64,000 bases of DNA from an uncultured Planctomycetia bacterium (lineage in GTDB: Bacteria > Omnitrophota > Gorgyraeia > 2-02-FULL-51-18 > JAGOUK01): positions 46,390 through 110,389 of the forward strand of contig CAYSFB010000005.1 in NCBI GenBank assembly GCA_964430735.1, in the 5' to 3' direction. Below are positions 38,495 to 47,148 of the stretch, in pieces. The number at the start of each line of letters is the position of its first letter. The stretch's first letter is position 1. The translations under genes and the position numbers were made by a program. The notes beneath the pieces were generated by a model that saw only the letters and a list, made by a program, of their open reading frames with translations, was not told the origin of the DNA and did not search any database.

Positions 38495-38586
38495 GGCCCG
38501 CGTGCCGGGAGAGCTCTTCCCCCAAGAGCTCTTCTCCACCCCCAGCCGATCCCCAAGACGGCACGCGGGCCACCCCTTTTTGGCAG
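38495..38586 (+). terminator. Long-loop rho-independent-terminator-like hairpin after the 10.3k-aa gene.
   Basis: A perfect 13-bp inverted repeat, GGCCCGCGTGCCG (38495-38507) and CGGCACGCGGGCC (38559-38571), is followed by ACCCCTTTTTGG. The roughly 50-nt loop carries nested GAGCTC palindromes (GAGAGCTCTTCC ... CAAGAGCTCTTCTCC). Confidence 0.4.
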
Positions 38587-38605
38587 TTTTGCAGAAAGTT
38601 AGTAA

Positions 38606-38618
38606 TACAAACTTTGTG
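38606..38618. promoter_or_regulatory. 13-bp near-palindrome TACAAAcTTTGTG, a possible regulator binding site.
   Basis: A self-complementary pair of half-sites with a 1-nt spacer lies in the AT-rich gap, upstream of the candidate promoter of the 2.8k-aa gene. Confidence 0.2.
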
Positions 38619-38661
38619 TTCTAAGAACCTTGAATGCTCGGCTGTTGTCGGGCAGGCTTTG

Positions 38662-38690
38662 TTTGTAGTTTAACGACCCGTACATATAAG
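38662..38690 (+). promoter_or_regulatory. Candidate sigma70-like promoter (-35 TTTGTA, 17-nt spacer, -10 TATAAG) for the 2.8k-aa gene. The SD AGGAG at 38703-38707 lies 11 nt before the ATG.
   Basis: The hexamers and spacing were read directly from the AT-rich 234-nt intergenic gap. Confidence 0.3.
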
Positions 38691-38718
38691 TAATGAATAA
38701 GCAGGAGACTAATTCGCA

Positions 38719-41700
38719 ATGAACCGGAAGCTGAAGTGGATGGCATTGATGGTCGCGGTTGCCTTTATGGGCCAGGAGCTGGCTGTGGCTGCTCCGGTTC
38801 TGGCACCTTCCATGCCGGTCGCTGCTTCCAAGCCGGAGGTGGGTTTTGTTCTGCCGGAGTCGGTCGCGCTGATCGACGACGGATTCAAGGCGCCTGCGGC
38901 GGATGCGAAGACAATCTTTCTTATTCAAGACGCACACACCAATGAATCCGGTCAGATGAACGAGGCCAAGGCCCTCGCCGAGATCCTCCCATCAGAGAAT
39001 ATCAGGCACGTATTTACCGAAGGCGCCGACAACGACGCGTCCCTTTCGTTCCTCAAAGAATTTTTCCCCAAAGACGTGCTTCGGAAGACCTCGATCTCCT
39101 TTGTCCGCAAGGGGATCATGAAGGGCAGCGAATTCGCCAGCGTGAACGGGGATCATGAGTTCGCCCTGATCGGCGTCGAAGACGAAGAGCTCTACGATCA
39201 GGCGCTCGAGTCATTCGTCGATATTCTTAAACGCCGGGATAAAGCCGTGCAGTATCTCGACCGCGTCGGGCGCGCCGCTTCCACGCTCAAGGAATCGATT
39301 TACAGCGAGGAACTCAAGGCTCTGGATGCTCAGGAATCGGCGTACCGCGCCGGTGAATTGCCGCTCACGGATTATTTTGCTGCGCTGCATGCCCAAGCCA
39401 GGAAGACCGGCGTGTATCTTCCGCAGTATCCGCACCTTTCATTCTTGAACGAACTCAAAAAATCCGAGTCCAAGGTCGACTTCAATCAGGTTTCCAAAGA
39501 GCAGGAAGCGGCGCTGAAGTCGCTTCCCGAAGAAGACCAAAAAACGCTAGCCGCCGCTTCCAAAGAAAAGCATTCGCCCTTCCGTATGGGCGGCGGTGAA
39601 AAATCCACCGAGAAGGCCTTCTACGCGCTTCTCGAAGAAAAGCTGGCCGGCCGGTCCGCCGCATACCCGGCCCTGTCCCGATATTTCGGCTACCTCAAAC
39701 AAACCAAAAAACTCGACGCTCAATCCATCCTCAACGAACTCAAGGCTTTTGAGATGGACGTCTTCGGCCGCCTTGCCGTCACTCAGGACGAACAATTCCT
39801 GGTGGTGCTGTCGAAGAACCTCGTCTCGCTCGAGAATCTGCTCGAGATCAAGCTTTCTCCCGAAGAATTCAGCGCGTTCCGCCGCGATTCCGCCGTGTTC
39901 GACATCAAGGTGATCGGTGGATTTTTCAACAAAAAGATCATGGGCCTCGGCAAACATCACGACCAAGCTGTCCTGCTCGAAAAAGATTATGACGAAGCGG
40001 TGAAGACCGCCTCCGAGTTTTATGAGCTGACCTATCGGCGCGATGAGGCGTTCGTCCGGAACATGCTCACCCGCATGGATGCCGACCAGGCCGCCAAAGC
40101 CGTTCTCGTCACCGGCGGTTACCACACTCCGAGCCTGAAGCGCATGCTGAAGGATAAAGGCATTTCCTACGTTTCGATTATGCCGCAGATTCTGCACGAG
40201 ACCGACATGGCCCGTTACCAGAAGATCGTGACGAGCCAGTTGTTCGACGCCCAAAAAGAGACGCGTCTGGCCCAAGCGCGCTCCAAGGCCAACGCTTTTA
40301 TGCCCAAGGATCTTCGCAGCCGCGGCGTGGCTGATTTCATCACTGTTGCCGCCTCCAACCTCCCGAAGGACCAGCAGGAATCCGTCGTCACCGAAGCTCT
40401 CGCGGCCGCTCGACTGGCTGTGAGCAGTCCGGATCCGCTTCAGGGGACTTTGATGCGCATCGAACAGGGGATGCTGTCCAGTTCGTTCGGAGATGCCGCG
40501 CTCAATTTAAGAGCCAAAGACCGCGCGGGGCTGCGTGGAGTCTGGGATTTGCGTTGGCGCCGCCCTTATTCGAGCGTGGGAGCGGAACAGCATTTGAGTC
40601 AGCATCTTTTTCCGTCAATTCTGCGCGAGGCCGCTATGCCGCGTTTGACCACTCCGAAGACCGATGCGGAAGCCGACGATGAAAGGATCAAGTCCCTTGT
40701 CGCGCAGGCAAAGGCAGGGGATTCAAAGGCTTTGGATGATTTGTACCTGCTCCTCTATCCTTCGATCAAAAAAGCAATCGATATCAAGATTCAGGAAAGG
40801 ACCAGAGACGGAAAATTCTCATGGCTAAAAAACGAGCGGGGCGACATTTTGTCCATCGTTTATCTTCAAACATTGCCCGACGTCGTGCGGGCATTCAATC
40901 CGGCCACCCTCCGCAATTCTGGTCGTGGCGCGGAAAACTTCAAGCGCTATCTGATCCGATCGGTTTACAATCTGATCGTCAAGCTGGTAATACAGCGTCG
41001 AAACGTTTTTTTGAATGCGAATTTTGACGAACATCCGAGCCCGATTGCGGCTCCTCCGGCGATTCTGGAAGAGCTTGAACAAGCGTCTTTAGAAACCCGC
41101 GTTGTCAGTGATCTGGTCGACGACATTTTGCAGAGCGCAAACAGCGAACAGGCAAAAGAGGAGCTGATGGGGGTGCTGTCCGGAATTTTAAATTACGGTG
41201 ACAACGATTCTGTGATCTCTCACGAAACCGGCATCGCAGAGCCCAGAGTCGCCTTGATCAGACAGGAGATCGTCAGCCAGTATTCTGAATTTAATTTTAA
41301 AGCGAAAGGCAATATCCGGTGGCGGGTGTGTCTGGTGAATATTTATGATTTTCTTGCGATCAGAAAGATTTTAAAAAATAGTGACCCGCGGAAAATAAAA
41401 AATATCCTGTCCAAAAATCCCGCCCGGGCAGACATCGTTTATCGGGCATTGAGACTTCGGTACGGCGCTGACGGCACTCCCAAACGCCTTGAAGAAATAG
41501 TCAAGGAGACCCATGCCTCAAACGCGAGCGTTGTCTGGAGCCGCATCCAGGCGGGCGTCGCGGCGATCAAAGCCAATGATCCGGTGTTTTCCGGCGTGTA
41601 CTCTGACTTCGAATCTTCGGCAGAAAACGGTCCTTCGGCCGCCCGTTTGGCGGATATGAGCATAAGTGGAGAAGGTTGGTCCGAATTCGGTCACCTTGCC

Positions 41701-44700
41701 AAAGAAAGCAACCCGCAACCCGCAACTCCTGTCCAATATTCACCCGAAACTGGTCCCGTGATCGAAGGTGCCGTCGTCGGAAAAACCGCGTCCGAAGAAG
41801 GCGCCATTGCGCCCCAGGTGGCTCTGCCCAATCAAACCAATGCCGCGCGGTTGGCCACAAACATCAACCGCAGACAGTTTTTAATCGACGCGACCAAAGC
41901 GGCGGCAACCACCGTCGTGGCATCCCAGATCCTGCGGACGACTCCAGTTCAGGCAGAGGAGCCGAGCGAACTAGTACCCGGAAGCACGCTCAATCTCTTT
42001 GACGAATACGGGACCAAGGCCGGTGAGACGTGGGCGAGCAAGTTCGCCTTCACCGGCGGAGCGCTGGACGCATCGCAGACTCTGAAGTTCGTCGTTACGC
42101 CTGAAGACAGCCTCGAAGGATTCATGATCCGACTGACCAAACAGAAAGACGACGAGGATCCCTGGATCCTCACGTTCAAAAAAGTGAACGGGAAGTGGGG
42201 CGTGAGCACCAGCCCCAAACTCTCGGCGCCCAAGGCTGCCGAGCAGTTTGCCGACAAGGTCGCGGTTGATGCCGACGGAAACATTGTCGTCACGGTTCCG
42301 GTTGCGCTGATTCCCGCATCCGCCCGCTCGCCCAAAGAAATCCACATTCACGCCGGCAAGGTCATCAGCACCGGTCCCCAGGGCCGCGGCATTCAGATCA
42401 ACCTGAATAAGACCAACGGTCCCAATCTTCAATCTGCAGCGGTAGAAATATCCGAAAAATCCGGCGCCCGGCTCGCGACGCTCAAGGAGCTCGAAGCGCG
42501 TCCTTTGGACAAGTGGAATGCCGTGAATTTGACCGATTTTGTTCTAAGCGCCGCTTCCGTGAAGCGGGTTCAGGAAGGTGCCGATCTCAGCCGATACGAA
42601 ATCCGAGGCGCAGGCCGTACGTTGTCGGCGGAAGTCATGAACCGGTATCAGTCCGGGACCGTGTTTCAAATCGCCGTTTCCTGGCAGGATGACGCATCGA
42701 CGTCCAAAACTTTGTATGCGAACCCTTCGGATAATTACTCGCTGGACAGCCTCGCGGAGATTCTGATGGGCCGCGTCGAGGCCGAGCAGACCGCCCCGAA
42801 GTCGGCGGAGCAGACGACCCGAGCGATGCGGCTGGACGAACTCGATTCTGAACAGCTCGCGGATATTCTCAGGGAACTCGTTCGTACGGACAAGCTTGCC
42901 GAGTATCCCGTGCAGTCCAAATTCCTGCTCTATTCCGCGGCGCCTGGCACCGGCAAAGGAGCTCTCTGGGAGACCGCGTTTGATCCGGACAAGGGCGGAA
43001 GCTTCAGCGATATCACCGAAAAGGTCGTGTTGTTCCACACCCGGAAGATGCGTGCAGGAGAAGTTGACGGCGTGCATTACCATTTCCGCACCGTCGATCA
43101 GCTGCGCGACCTTGAGCAAAGAGGACTGATTCTCACGACGCTCATCAACGGACAGGTGCAGGGCCTTGCCATCAAGAGCTTTGAAGACGTTCGTCAGGAC
43201 GGAACTCCGGCTCAAGTACGCGGACTCGAAGGCATCTTCAGCGGCGACAAGCTGGCTATCCTTGAAGGCGGCATGGGCTGGTTCGACTTTTTGCGCAGCC
43301 GCCCTGAATACAACGGCGTTCCCGCATTCTTTTTAACACCGCTTCCGGAAAACGTGATTCAAATTCGCGAGAAAAATCTCCAGGTTATCAAACGCACATT
43401 CCCCACGGACCGGGAGCAGGCGCTCGCGCTCGAAATCATGATGCGTCTCTTCAGCCGGGACGGCGAATCAGACCTTTCGAATCCCGCCTACGTCGGTCAG
43501 CTGAACCGGATCAAGGAAGGGGTGACGCAGATCATCAAGGGCGGAGACTATGACGAAAGGTTCGAAAACATATTCGGATTTTCTGACGAAGATAAGGATA
43601 AGAATCTGAAGTCTTTGGTGGAACGGTTTTCGCGCGCCTACTTTTTGCGGGTCTTGAACGAAATACAGAATGATCCGCGCGGAGCCGCTGACGTCGAGGC
43701 TGCAATGGCGAGTGTGCTTGGATCCCGGTTGGCAACCGGTCCAAAGGGGCCGAGCTGGATCCGTCAGTATGCGCCGCATGTCGCGGACAGCCAAATCGTC
43801 GAAGTCACGATGGAGATGGCGTTGAGCGAGCCCATCATGAGCGCGCTTGAGACGCGCCTGCGCCAATCGGGTCTTGAGGAGGAAGCGATCGAGCATGAGC
43901 TGCGCAAGGCCGCCATGTCCACGTCCGTCGGAGGTATCGGTCCGCTGCTGGGTGAACGCGTGCCGGAACTTTCGAACCTCGGAGCAAATGTAACGGCAGT
44001 TTCGCTTCTTTATAATCAGGTCTGGGTTCAGAAACGCCGGCCCGACGGAACACTTTCGTCCGAAAAGGAGCAGGTTCATCCGGAACTTCGTAACGTCATG
44101 GAACCCGCCGGCGAAGTGACGATCGAGATGTACGACGGCACCAAAATCAGCGCGCGTGTGCTCAAGGCCCCCCGCGGAGCCTACCAGCAGGCCGACGTCT
44201 ACTTTATTGACGTGCCGTTCCTCGCTGACACGATCTGGGCGCGTTCGAATGTCGTTTATCCTGGGGCCAAAGACGTCAGCCGCGCGAATGCCGAGCTGGC
44301 GCGCTTCAATCAGAGCTGGATCCTGGGCCGCGGTACGCTCGCTCTCATGAAAATCCTGAAACGCCGTCCGGATCTCGTGATCATGAGCGAGGCGTCCTCG
44401 ATGTTCGCGCATCACCGTGTTTTTAGAGACAGCCATAGCGACGATCCGTTTTTTGACAACACCCGCTATGTTTTTAACGATCACACGCCGCTGGATTATG
44501 CGCATCCCAAATGGAGTTCCCAGGTGCTCCGGCTCCTGCGCGTCGACGAGCGTTTTTGGGGCGAGAATCTCCCGGTGTGGGACGCGGACGGCCGCGTGGA
44601 CGCGACGGCGCTCATGATCAACGCCTCGGACATCGTGTATGGCGTGGCCAAGAAGCACGCGGAGGTGATGCGCGGAATGGTCGGGTTGAGACGTTTGGCC

Positions 44701-47136
44701 GAAAAAATCCGTCATGTAACCAACGGTGTGAGCGTGGAATGGGCTGACCGCGAGTTTCGGGATCTGGAGCGGGTTCGCGCGATTCCTGACGAGGAGCTCA
44801 TCCAGATGAAGCGTGTCCGGAAAGCCGCCATGCTGCATTGGCTGGCCCGCAGGCAGGGAATGGATCCGGGCTGGGCCGGCCGTATGCTGGCCGAGAACCG
44901 CCCGGTCGGTCTTTGGACGCGCCGCATCGTCGAGTACAAGCGGCTCGGAGTGTTTGCGGATCTTCTGGAAAACACCGAATTGCGCGAGGAATTCATCCGC
45001 TCCGGGATCATTTTTATCTTCGGCGGAAGGACTCATCAGGACGACGATTACGGGATCCGGCAGTACAACCGCATCCAGGAATCGGTCAAGCGCGACCCGC
45101 GCCTCAAGGACCAGGTGATTTTTTTCGAAAATTACAACCGTTGGGAGGCCGTGAAGCTTTTCAGGGGTGTCGATTTTTCCGTGATGCTGGCGGATGACGG
45201 CCGCGAAGCGTCGGCGACCGGATTCCAAAAGGCTCAATTGTCCGGATCGCTCATCATCGCGAGCAACGACGGGGCGATTCCCGAGTCCGTCAAGTTCCTG
45301 GATCCGGCTCCGGGCCTTCCGATCCGGGGTGCCAACGGCTTCAACGTCCCTTACGTGAACGACCAGCCGACAGCCGGGGGTCTTATGGACGCCTTCGGAC
45401 GGTTCCGGCGGATTTACGATCAGCCGGACAAACTCGCCGCAATGATCCGCAACGCTTTGCGTCAGGCGGAATTCGTGAGCGTGCGCCGCACGGCAGAGGA
45501 CATGCTGCGGCTTTTTGACCAGGAAGTCCGCGTGCTCGATCACTACCGGATCGATACGAAGGAGGCGGATGCCCAGTCGGATGCGTTGTTCTCGGAGTCC
45601 GGTATCGATGCCGGGACGGCCCGGGCGCTTCTCAAGGAGCTGGAAGCCGACAAGTCGCGGTTCGTCTGGAAGTTCAAAGAAGATTATGTGAGCGAAAAGA
45701 CATTGGTCACCAGCGAGCCGGGTATTGCCGGATTCCTGCGGGGCTTGGACCGGATCCGGTCCATGGGGTCGGTCGGGGAGTGGAGTCTCAAATTCCATGC
45801 CGGGGCCGAAAACTACCGCGGCGACATTCTGAATTATCTGGACTACCACATCAGCAAAATGAGCGACATGGGAGTCCTCAAGGCCTACGTCCATGCGAAG
45901 CACGCTGAAGCCGAGGATGCGTCCGTCAACGACAAGATCCGCATCAGTCTCGAAGTCGCCGAAGTCATCGAGCACTGGATCCGGCGCCTGGAGCGGACGG
46001 CGGCGCAAGGCTCGAGGTTGGCGGCGGAGCGGCAGCCTTCAGCTTCCGTTCTGGACCAGGTGTCCGCAGACTTGGCCCGCCTGGCCGGTCTTGAGGGCTC
46101 GATCGACCGCGCGACGCTTGAAGCATTCATCGTGCGGCTCATGACGGCCAATGAGAGCCAAGAAGCCTCTTTCCCGCTGCTCATGGGCGATGGTCTTGTG
46201 CTGGTCGACGTCATTCGCTCGGAAGCTGGATATCGGATCCGGGTGAATGACCGGGAAGAAGATGTTCTGACCAACGAGGAATTTGCATCAGTCCGTGAGC
46301 GCAATGCGGCAAATGACCGTGAGCGTTCGGAATCGACCTCGCAGGGGCTGCTCGAAGTGGTTACGGCGACCCGCGCGGACATCGATGAGCTCAAGCAGCT
46401 CATGTCGGCATCCAAGGAGCGTATCCGGGTCCGCGTTCCGGTCCATCGGATTTTTGGAGCGATCCAAAATCCGAAGCAGGCCGACCGCGCCCTGTATCAG
46501 GCGCAATCGCTTCTGGCGATGATCGGCTGGGCATCGGAGCATGCGCAAAAGAACGGCCTTCAGGGACTCGACTTCCACTTCCCGCAGGAATGGCTGGAAC
46601 AGCTTCCGAAGGCCGCTTCAGAAATCCGCTCGCTGGTCGAGTCGGCGGAGTCCTCCGGCAAATACGGCAACCGCATCCACCTGGATCAGCCGAACCCAAA
46701 GGACTTCATCATCAACTGGATGGTGGGCGAATCGCCGGATGACATTGCGGAGTTCATTAACTTGTCCGGCAAGAAGGAATTCAACCTGGTCATTGCTGAG
46801 AACGGCCGGTCGGTCCATAGAGGTCTTCTGCCGTGGTTCCGCGGCGTGAACGTGCCGATGAAGGCGTTGTCGGATTACTCGGAGCGAGCGACCGCTCCCG
46901 ACGGCAACCTGGAGACAGTTCTGACGCAGGCCGACTCTGTCCGCGGACCGGAAGTCTTCGAATACATCCGGCGCGCCTTGAGCGGCACATTCGATCAGAC
47001 CTCCATCACCGAAGCATTCAAGGGCAACAACTGGCTCATCCTGGTGAATGCGCGCCTGGAACTCTTCGTCATCCCGATCGATCAGCTCGTGAATGCCGCA
47101 AGAATGATGGCCGATACGACGGATACGGCCGCATAA
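38719..47136 (+). CDS. Giant (2,805 aa) signal-anchored multidomain protein: conserved N-terminal module, ECF-sigma-like segment, internal Tat-like signal, guanylate-kinase-like domain and GT35 alpha-glucan-phosphorylase-like domain.
   Basis: An uninterrupted 8.4-kb frame with a good SD. The N-terminal MNRKLKWMALMVAVAFMGQELAVAAP is a signal anchor, and the homologous N-terminal module follows. Confidence 0.85.
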   Translation: MNRKLKWMALMVAVAFMGQELAVAAPVLAPSMPVAASKPEVGFVLPESVALIDDGFKAPAADAKTIFLIQDAHTNESGQMNEAKALAEILPSENIRHVFTEGADNDASLSFLKEFFPKDVLRKTSISFVRKGIMKGSEFASVNGDHEFALIGVEDEELYDQALESFVDILKRRDKAVQYLDRVGRAASTLKESIYSEELKALDAQESAYRAGELPLTDYFAALHAQARKTGVYLPQYPHLSFLNELKKSESKVDFNQVSKEQEAALKSLPEEDQKTLAAASKEKHSPFRMGGGEKSTEKAFYALLEEKLAGRSAAYPALSRYFGYLKQTKKLDAQSILNELKAFEMDVFGRLAVTQDEQFLVVLSKNLVSLENLLEIKLSPEEFSAFRRDSAVFDIKVIGGFFNKKIMGLGKHHDQAVLLEKDYDEAVKTASEFYELTYRRDEAFVRNMLTRMDADQAAKAVLVTGGYHTPSLKRMLKDKGISYVSIMPQILHETDMARYQKIVTSQLFDAQKETRLAQARSKANAFMPKDLRSRGVADFITVAASNLPKDQQESVVTEALAAARLAVSSPDPLQGTLMRIEQGMLSSSFGDAALNLRAKDRAGLRGVWDLRWRRPYSSVGAEQHLSQHLFPSILREAAMPRLTTPKTDAEADDERIKSLVAQAKAGDSKALDDLYLLLYPSIKKAIDIKIQERTRDGKFSWLKNERGDILSIVYLQTLPDVVRAFNPATLRNSGRGAENFKRYLIRSVYNLIVKLVIQRRNVFLNANFDEHPSPIAAPPAILEELEQASLETRVVSDLVDDILQSANSEQAKEELMGVLSGILNYGDNDSVISHETGIAEPRVALIRQEIVSQYSEFNFKAKGNIRWRVCLVNIYDFLAIRKILKNSDPRKIKNILSKNPARADIVYRALRLRYGADGTPKRLEEIVKETHASNASVVWSRIQAGVAAIKANDPVFSGVYSDFESSAENGPSAARLADMSISGEGWSEFGHLAKESNPQPATPVQYSPETGPVIEGAVVGKTASEEGAIAPQVALPNQTNAARLATNINRRQFLIDATKAAATTVVASQILRTTPVQAEEPSELVPGSTLNLFDEYGTKAGETWASKFAFTGGALDASQTLKFVVTPEDSLEGFMIRLTKQKDDEDPWILTFKKVNGKWGVSTSPKLSAPKAAEQFADKVAVDADGNIVVTVPVALIPASARSPKEIHIHAGKVISTGPQGRGIQINLNKTNGPNLQSAAVEISEKSGARLATLKELEARPLDKWNAVNLTDFVLSAASVKRVQEGADLSRYEIRGAGRTLSAEVMNRYQSGTVFQIAVSWQDDASTSKTLYANPSDNYSLDSLAEILMGRVEAEQTAPKSAEQTTRAMRLDELDSEQLADILRELVRTDKLAEYPVQSKFLLYSAAPGTGKGALWETAFDPDKGGSFSDITEKVVLFHTRKMRAGEVDGVHYHFRTVDQLRDLEQRGLILTTLINGQVQGLAIKSFEDVRQDGTPAQVRGLEGIFSGDKLAILEGGMGWFDFLRSRPEYNGVPAFFLTPLPENVIQIREKNLQVIKRTFPTDREQALALEIMMRLFSRDGESDLSNPAYVGQLNRIKEGVTQIIKGGDYDERFENIFGFSDEDKDKNLKSLVERFSRAYFLRVLNEIQNDPRGAADVEAAMASVLGSRLATGPKGPSWIRQYAPHVADSQIVEVTMEMALSEPIMSALETRLRQSGLEEEAIEHELRKAAMSTSVGGIGPLLGERVPELSNLGANVTAVSLLYNQVWVQKRRPDGTLSSEKEQVHPELRNVMEPAGEVTIEMYDGTKISARVLKAPRGAYQQADVYFIDVPFLADTIWARSNVVYPGAKDVSRANAELARFNQSWILGRGTLALMKILKRRPDLVIMSEASSMFAHHRVFRDSHSDDPFFDNTRYVFNDHTPLDYAHPKWSSQVLRLLRVDERFWGENLPVWDADGRVDATALMINASDIVYGVAKKHAEVMRGMVGLRRLAEKIRHVTNGVSVEWADREFRDLERVRAIPDEELIQMKRVRKAAMLHWLARRQGMDPGWAGRMLAENRPVGLWTRRIVEYKRLGVFADLLENTELREEFIRSGIIFIFGGRTHQDDDYGIRQYNRIQESVKRDPRLKDQVIFFENYNRWEAVKLFRGVDFSVMLADDGREASATGFQKAQLSGSLIIASNDGAIPESVKFLDPAPGLPIRGANGFNVPYVNDQPTAGGLMDAFGRFRRIYDQPDKLAAMIRNALRQAEFVSVRRTAEDMLRLFDQEVRVLDHYRIDTKEADAQSDALFSESGIDAGTARALLKELEADKSRFVWKFKEDYVSEKTLVTSEPGIAGFLRGLDRIRSMGSVGEWSLKFHAGAENYRGDILNYLDYHISKMSDMGVLKAYVHAKHAEAEDASVNDKIRISLEVAEVIEHWIRRLERTAAQGSRLAAERQPSASVLDQVSADLARLAGLEGSIDRATLEAFIVRLMTANESQEASFPLLMGDGLVLVDVIRSEAGYRIRVNDREEDVLTNEEFASVRERNAANDRERSESTSQGLLEVVTATRADIDELKQLMSASKERIRVRVPVHRIFGAIQNPKQADRALYQAQSLLAMIGWASEHAQKNGLQGLDFHFPQEWLEQLPKAASEIRSLVESAESSGKYGNRIHLDQPNPKDFIINWMVGESPDDIAEFINLSGKKEFNLVIAENGRSVHRGLLPWFRGVNVPMKALSDYSERATAPDGNLETVLTQADSVRGPEVFEYIRRALSGTFDQTSITEAFKGNNWLILVNARLELFVIPIDQLVNAARMMADTTDTAA
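40680..41580 (+). other. ECF-type sigma-70-like segment (region 2 and region 4 signatures) embedded inside the giant ORF.
   Basis: The region-2-like part is LVAQAKAGDSKALDDLYLLLYPSIKKAI...FKRYLIRSVYNLIVKLVIQRR, comparable to ..GD..AF..LY..Y......FS.WL..IARN...D..RRR. The region-4-like part is ARADIVYRALRLRYGADGTPKRLEEIVKETHASNASVVWSRIQAGVAAIK, comparable to R.V..LRY.EGLS..EIA..LG.S.GTVKSRL.RA...L. An AT-rich patch (about 41280-41420) lies between them. Confidence 0.35.
41840..41965 (+). other. Internal twin-arginine (Tat)-type signal-peptide-like element about 1,040 aa into the protein.
   Basis: NAARLATNINRRQFLIDATKAAATTVVASQILRTTPVQAEEP has RRQFL as the S/T-R-R-x-F-L core, a hydrophobic h-region and a VQA-E AxA site. 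The TTG codon of the ARLA leucine would start a canonical signal at M-A-T-N-I-N-R-R-Q-F-L. Confidence 0.4.
42920..43560 (+). other. Guanylate-kinase-like domain (copy C).
   Basis: FLLYSAAPGTGKGALWE is a P-loop. HTRKMRAGEVDGVHYHFRTVDQLRDLEQRGLIL is the GMP kinase T-x-R-x-x-R-x-G-E-V-D-G-x-x-Y-H-F box. Confidence 0.5.
43800..45550 (+). other. GT35-family alpha-glucan (glycogen) phosphorylase-like domain.
   Basis: STSVGGIGPLLGERVPELSNLGANVTAVSLLYNQ is comparable to phosphorylase YSGGLGVLAGD...LG.P.VGVGLLY..GYF. EASATGFQKAQLSGSLIIASNDGAIPE is comparable to the PLP-lysine signature E-A-S-G-T-[SG]-x-M-K-x-x-L-N-G-A-L-x-x-x-T-x-D-G, and the Lys is retained. Confidence 0.55.
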
Positions 47137-47148
47137 AAAGAACCCGGC

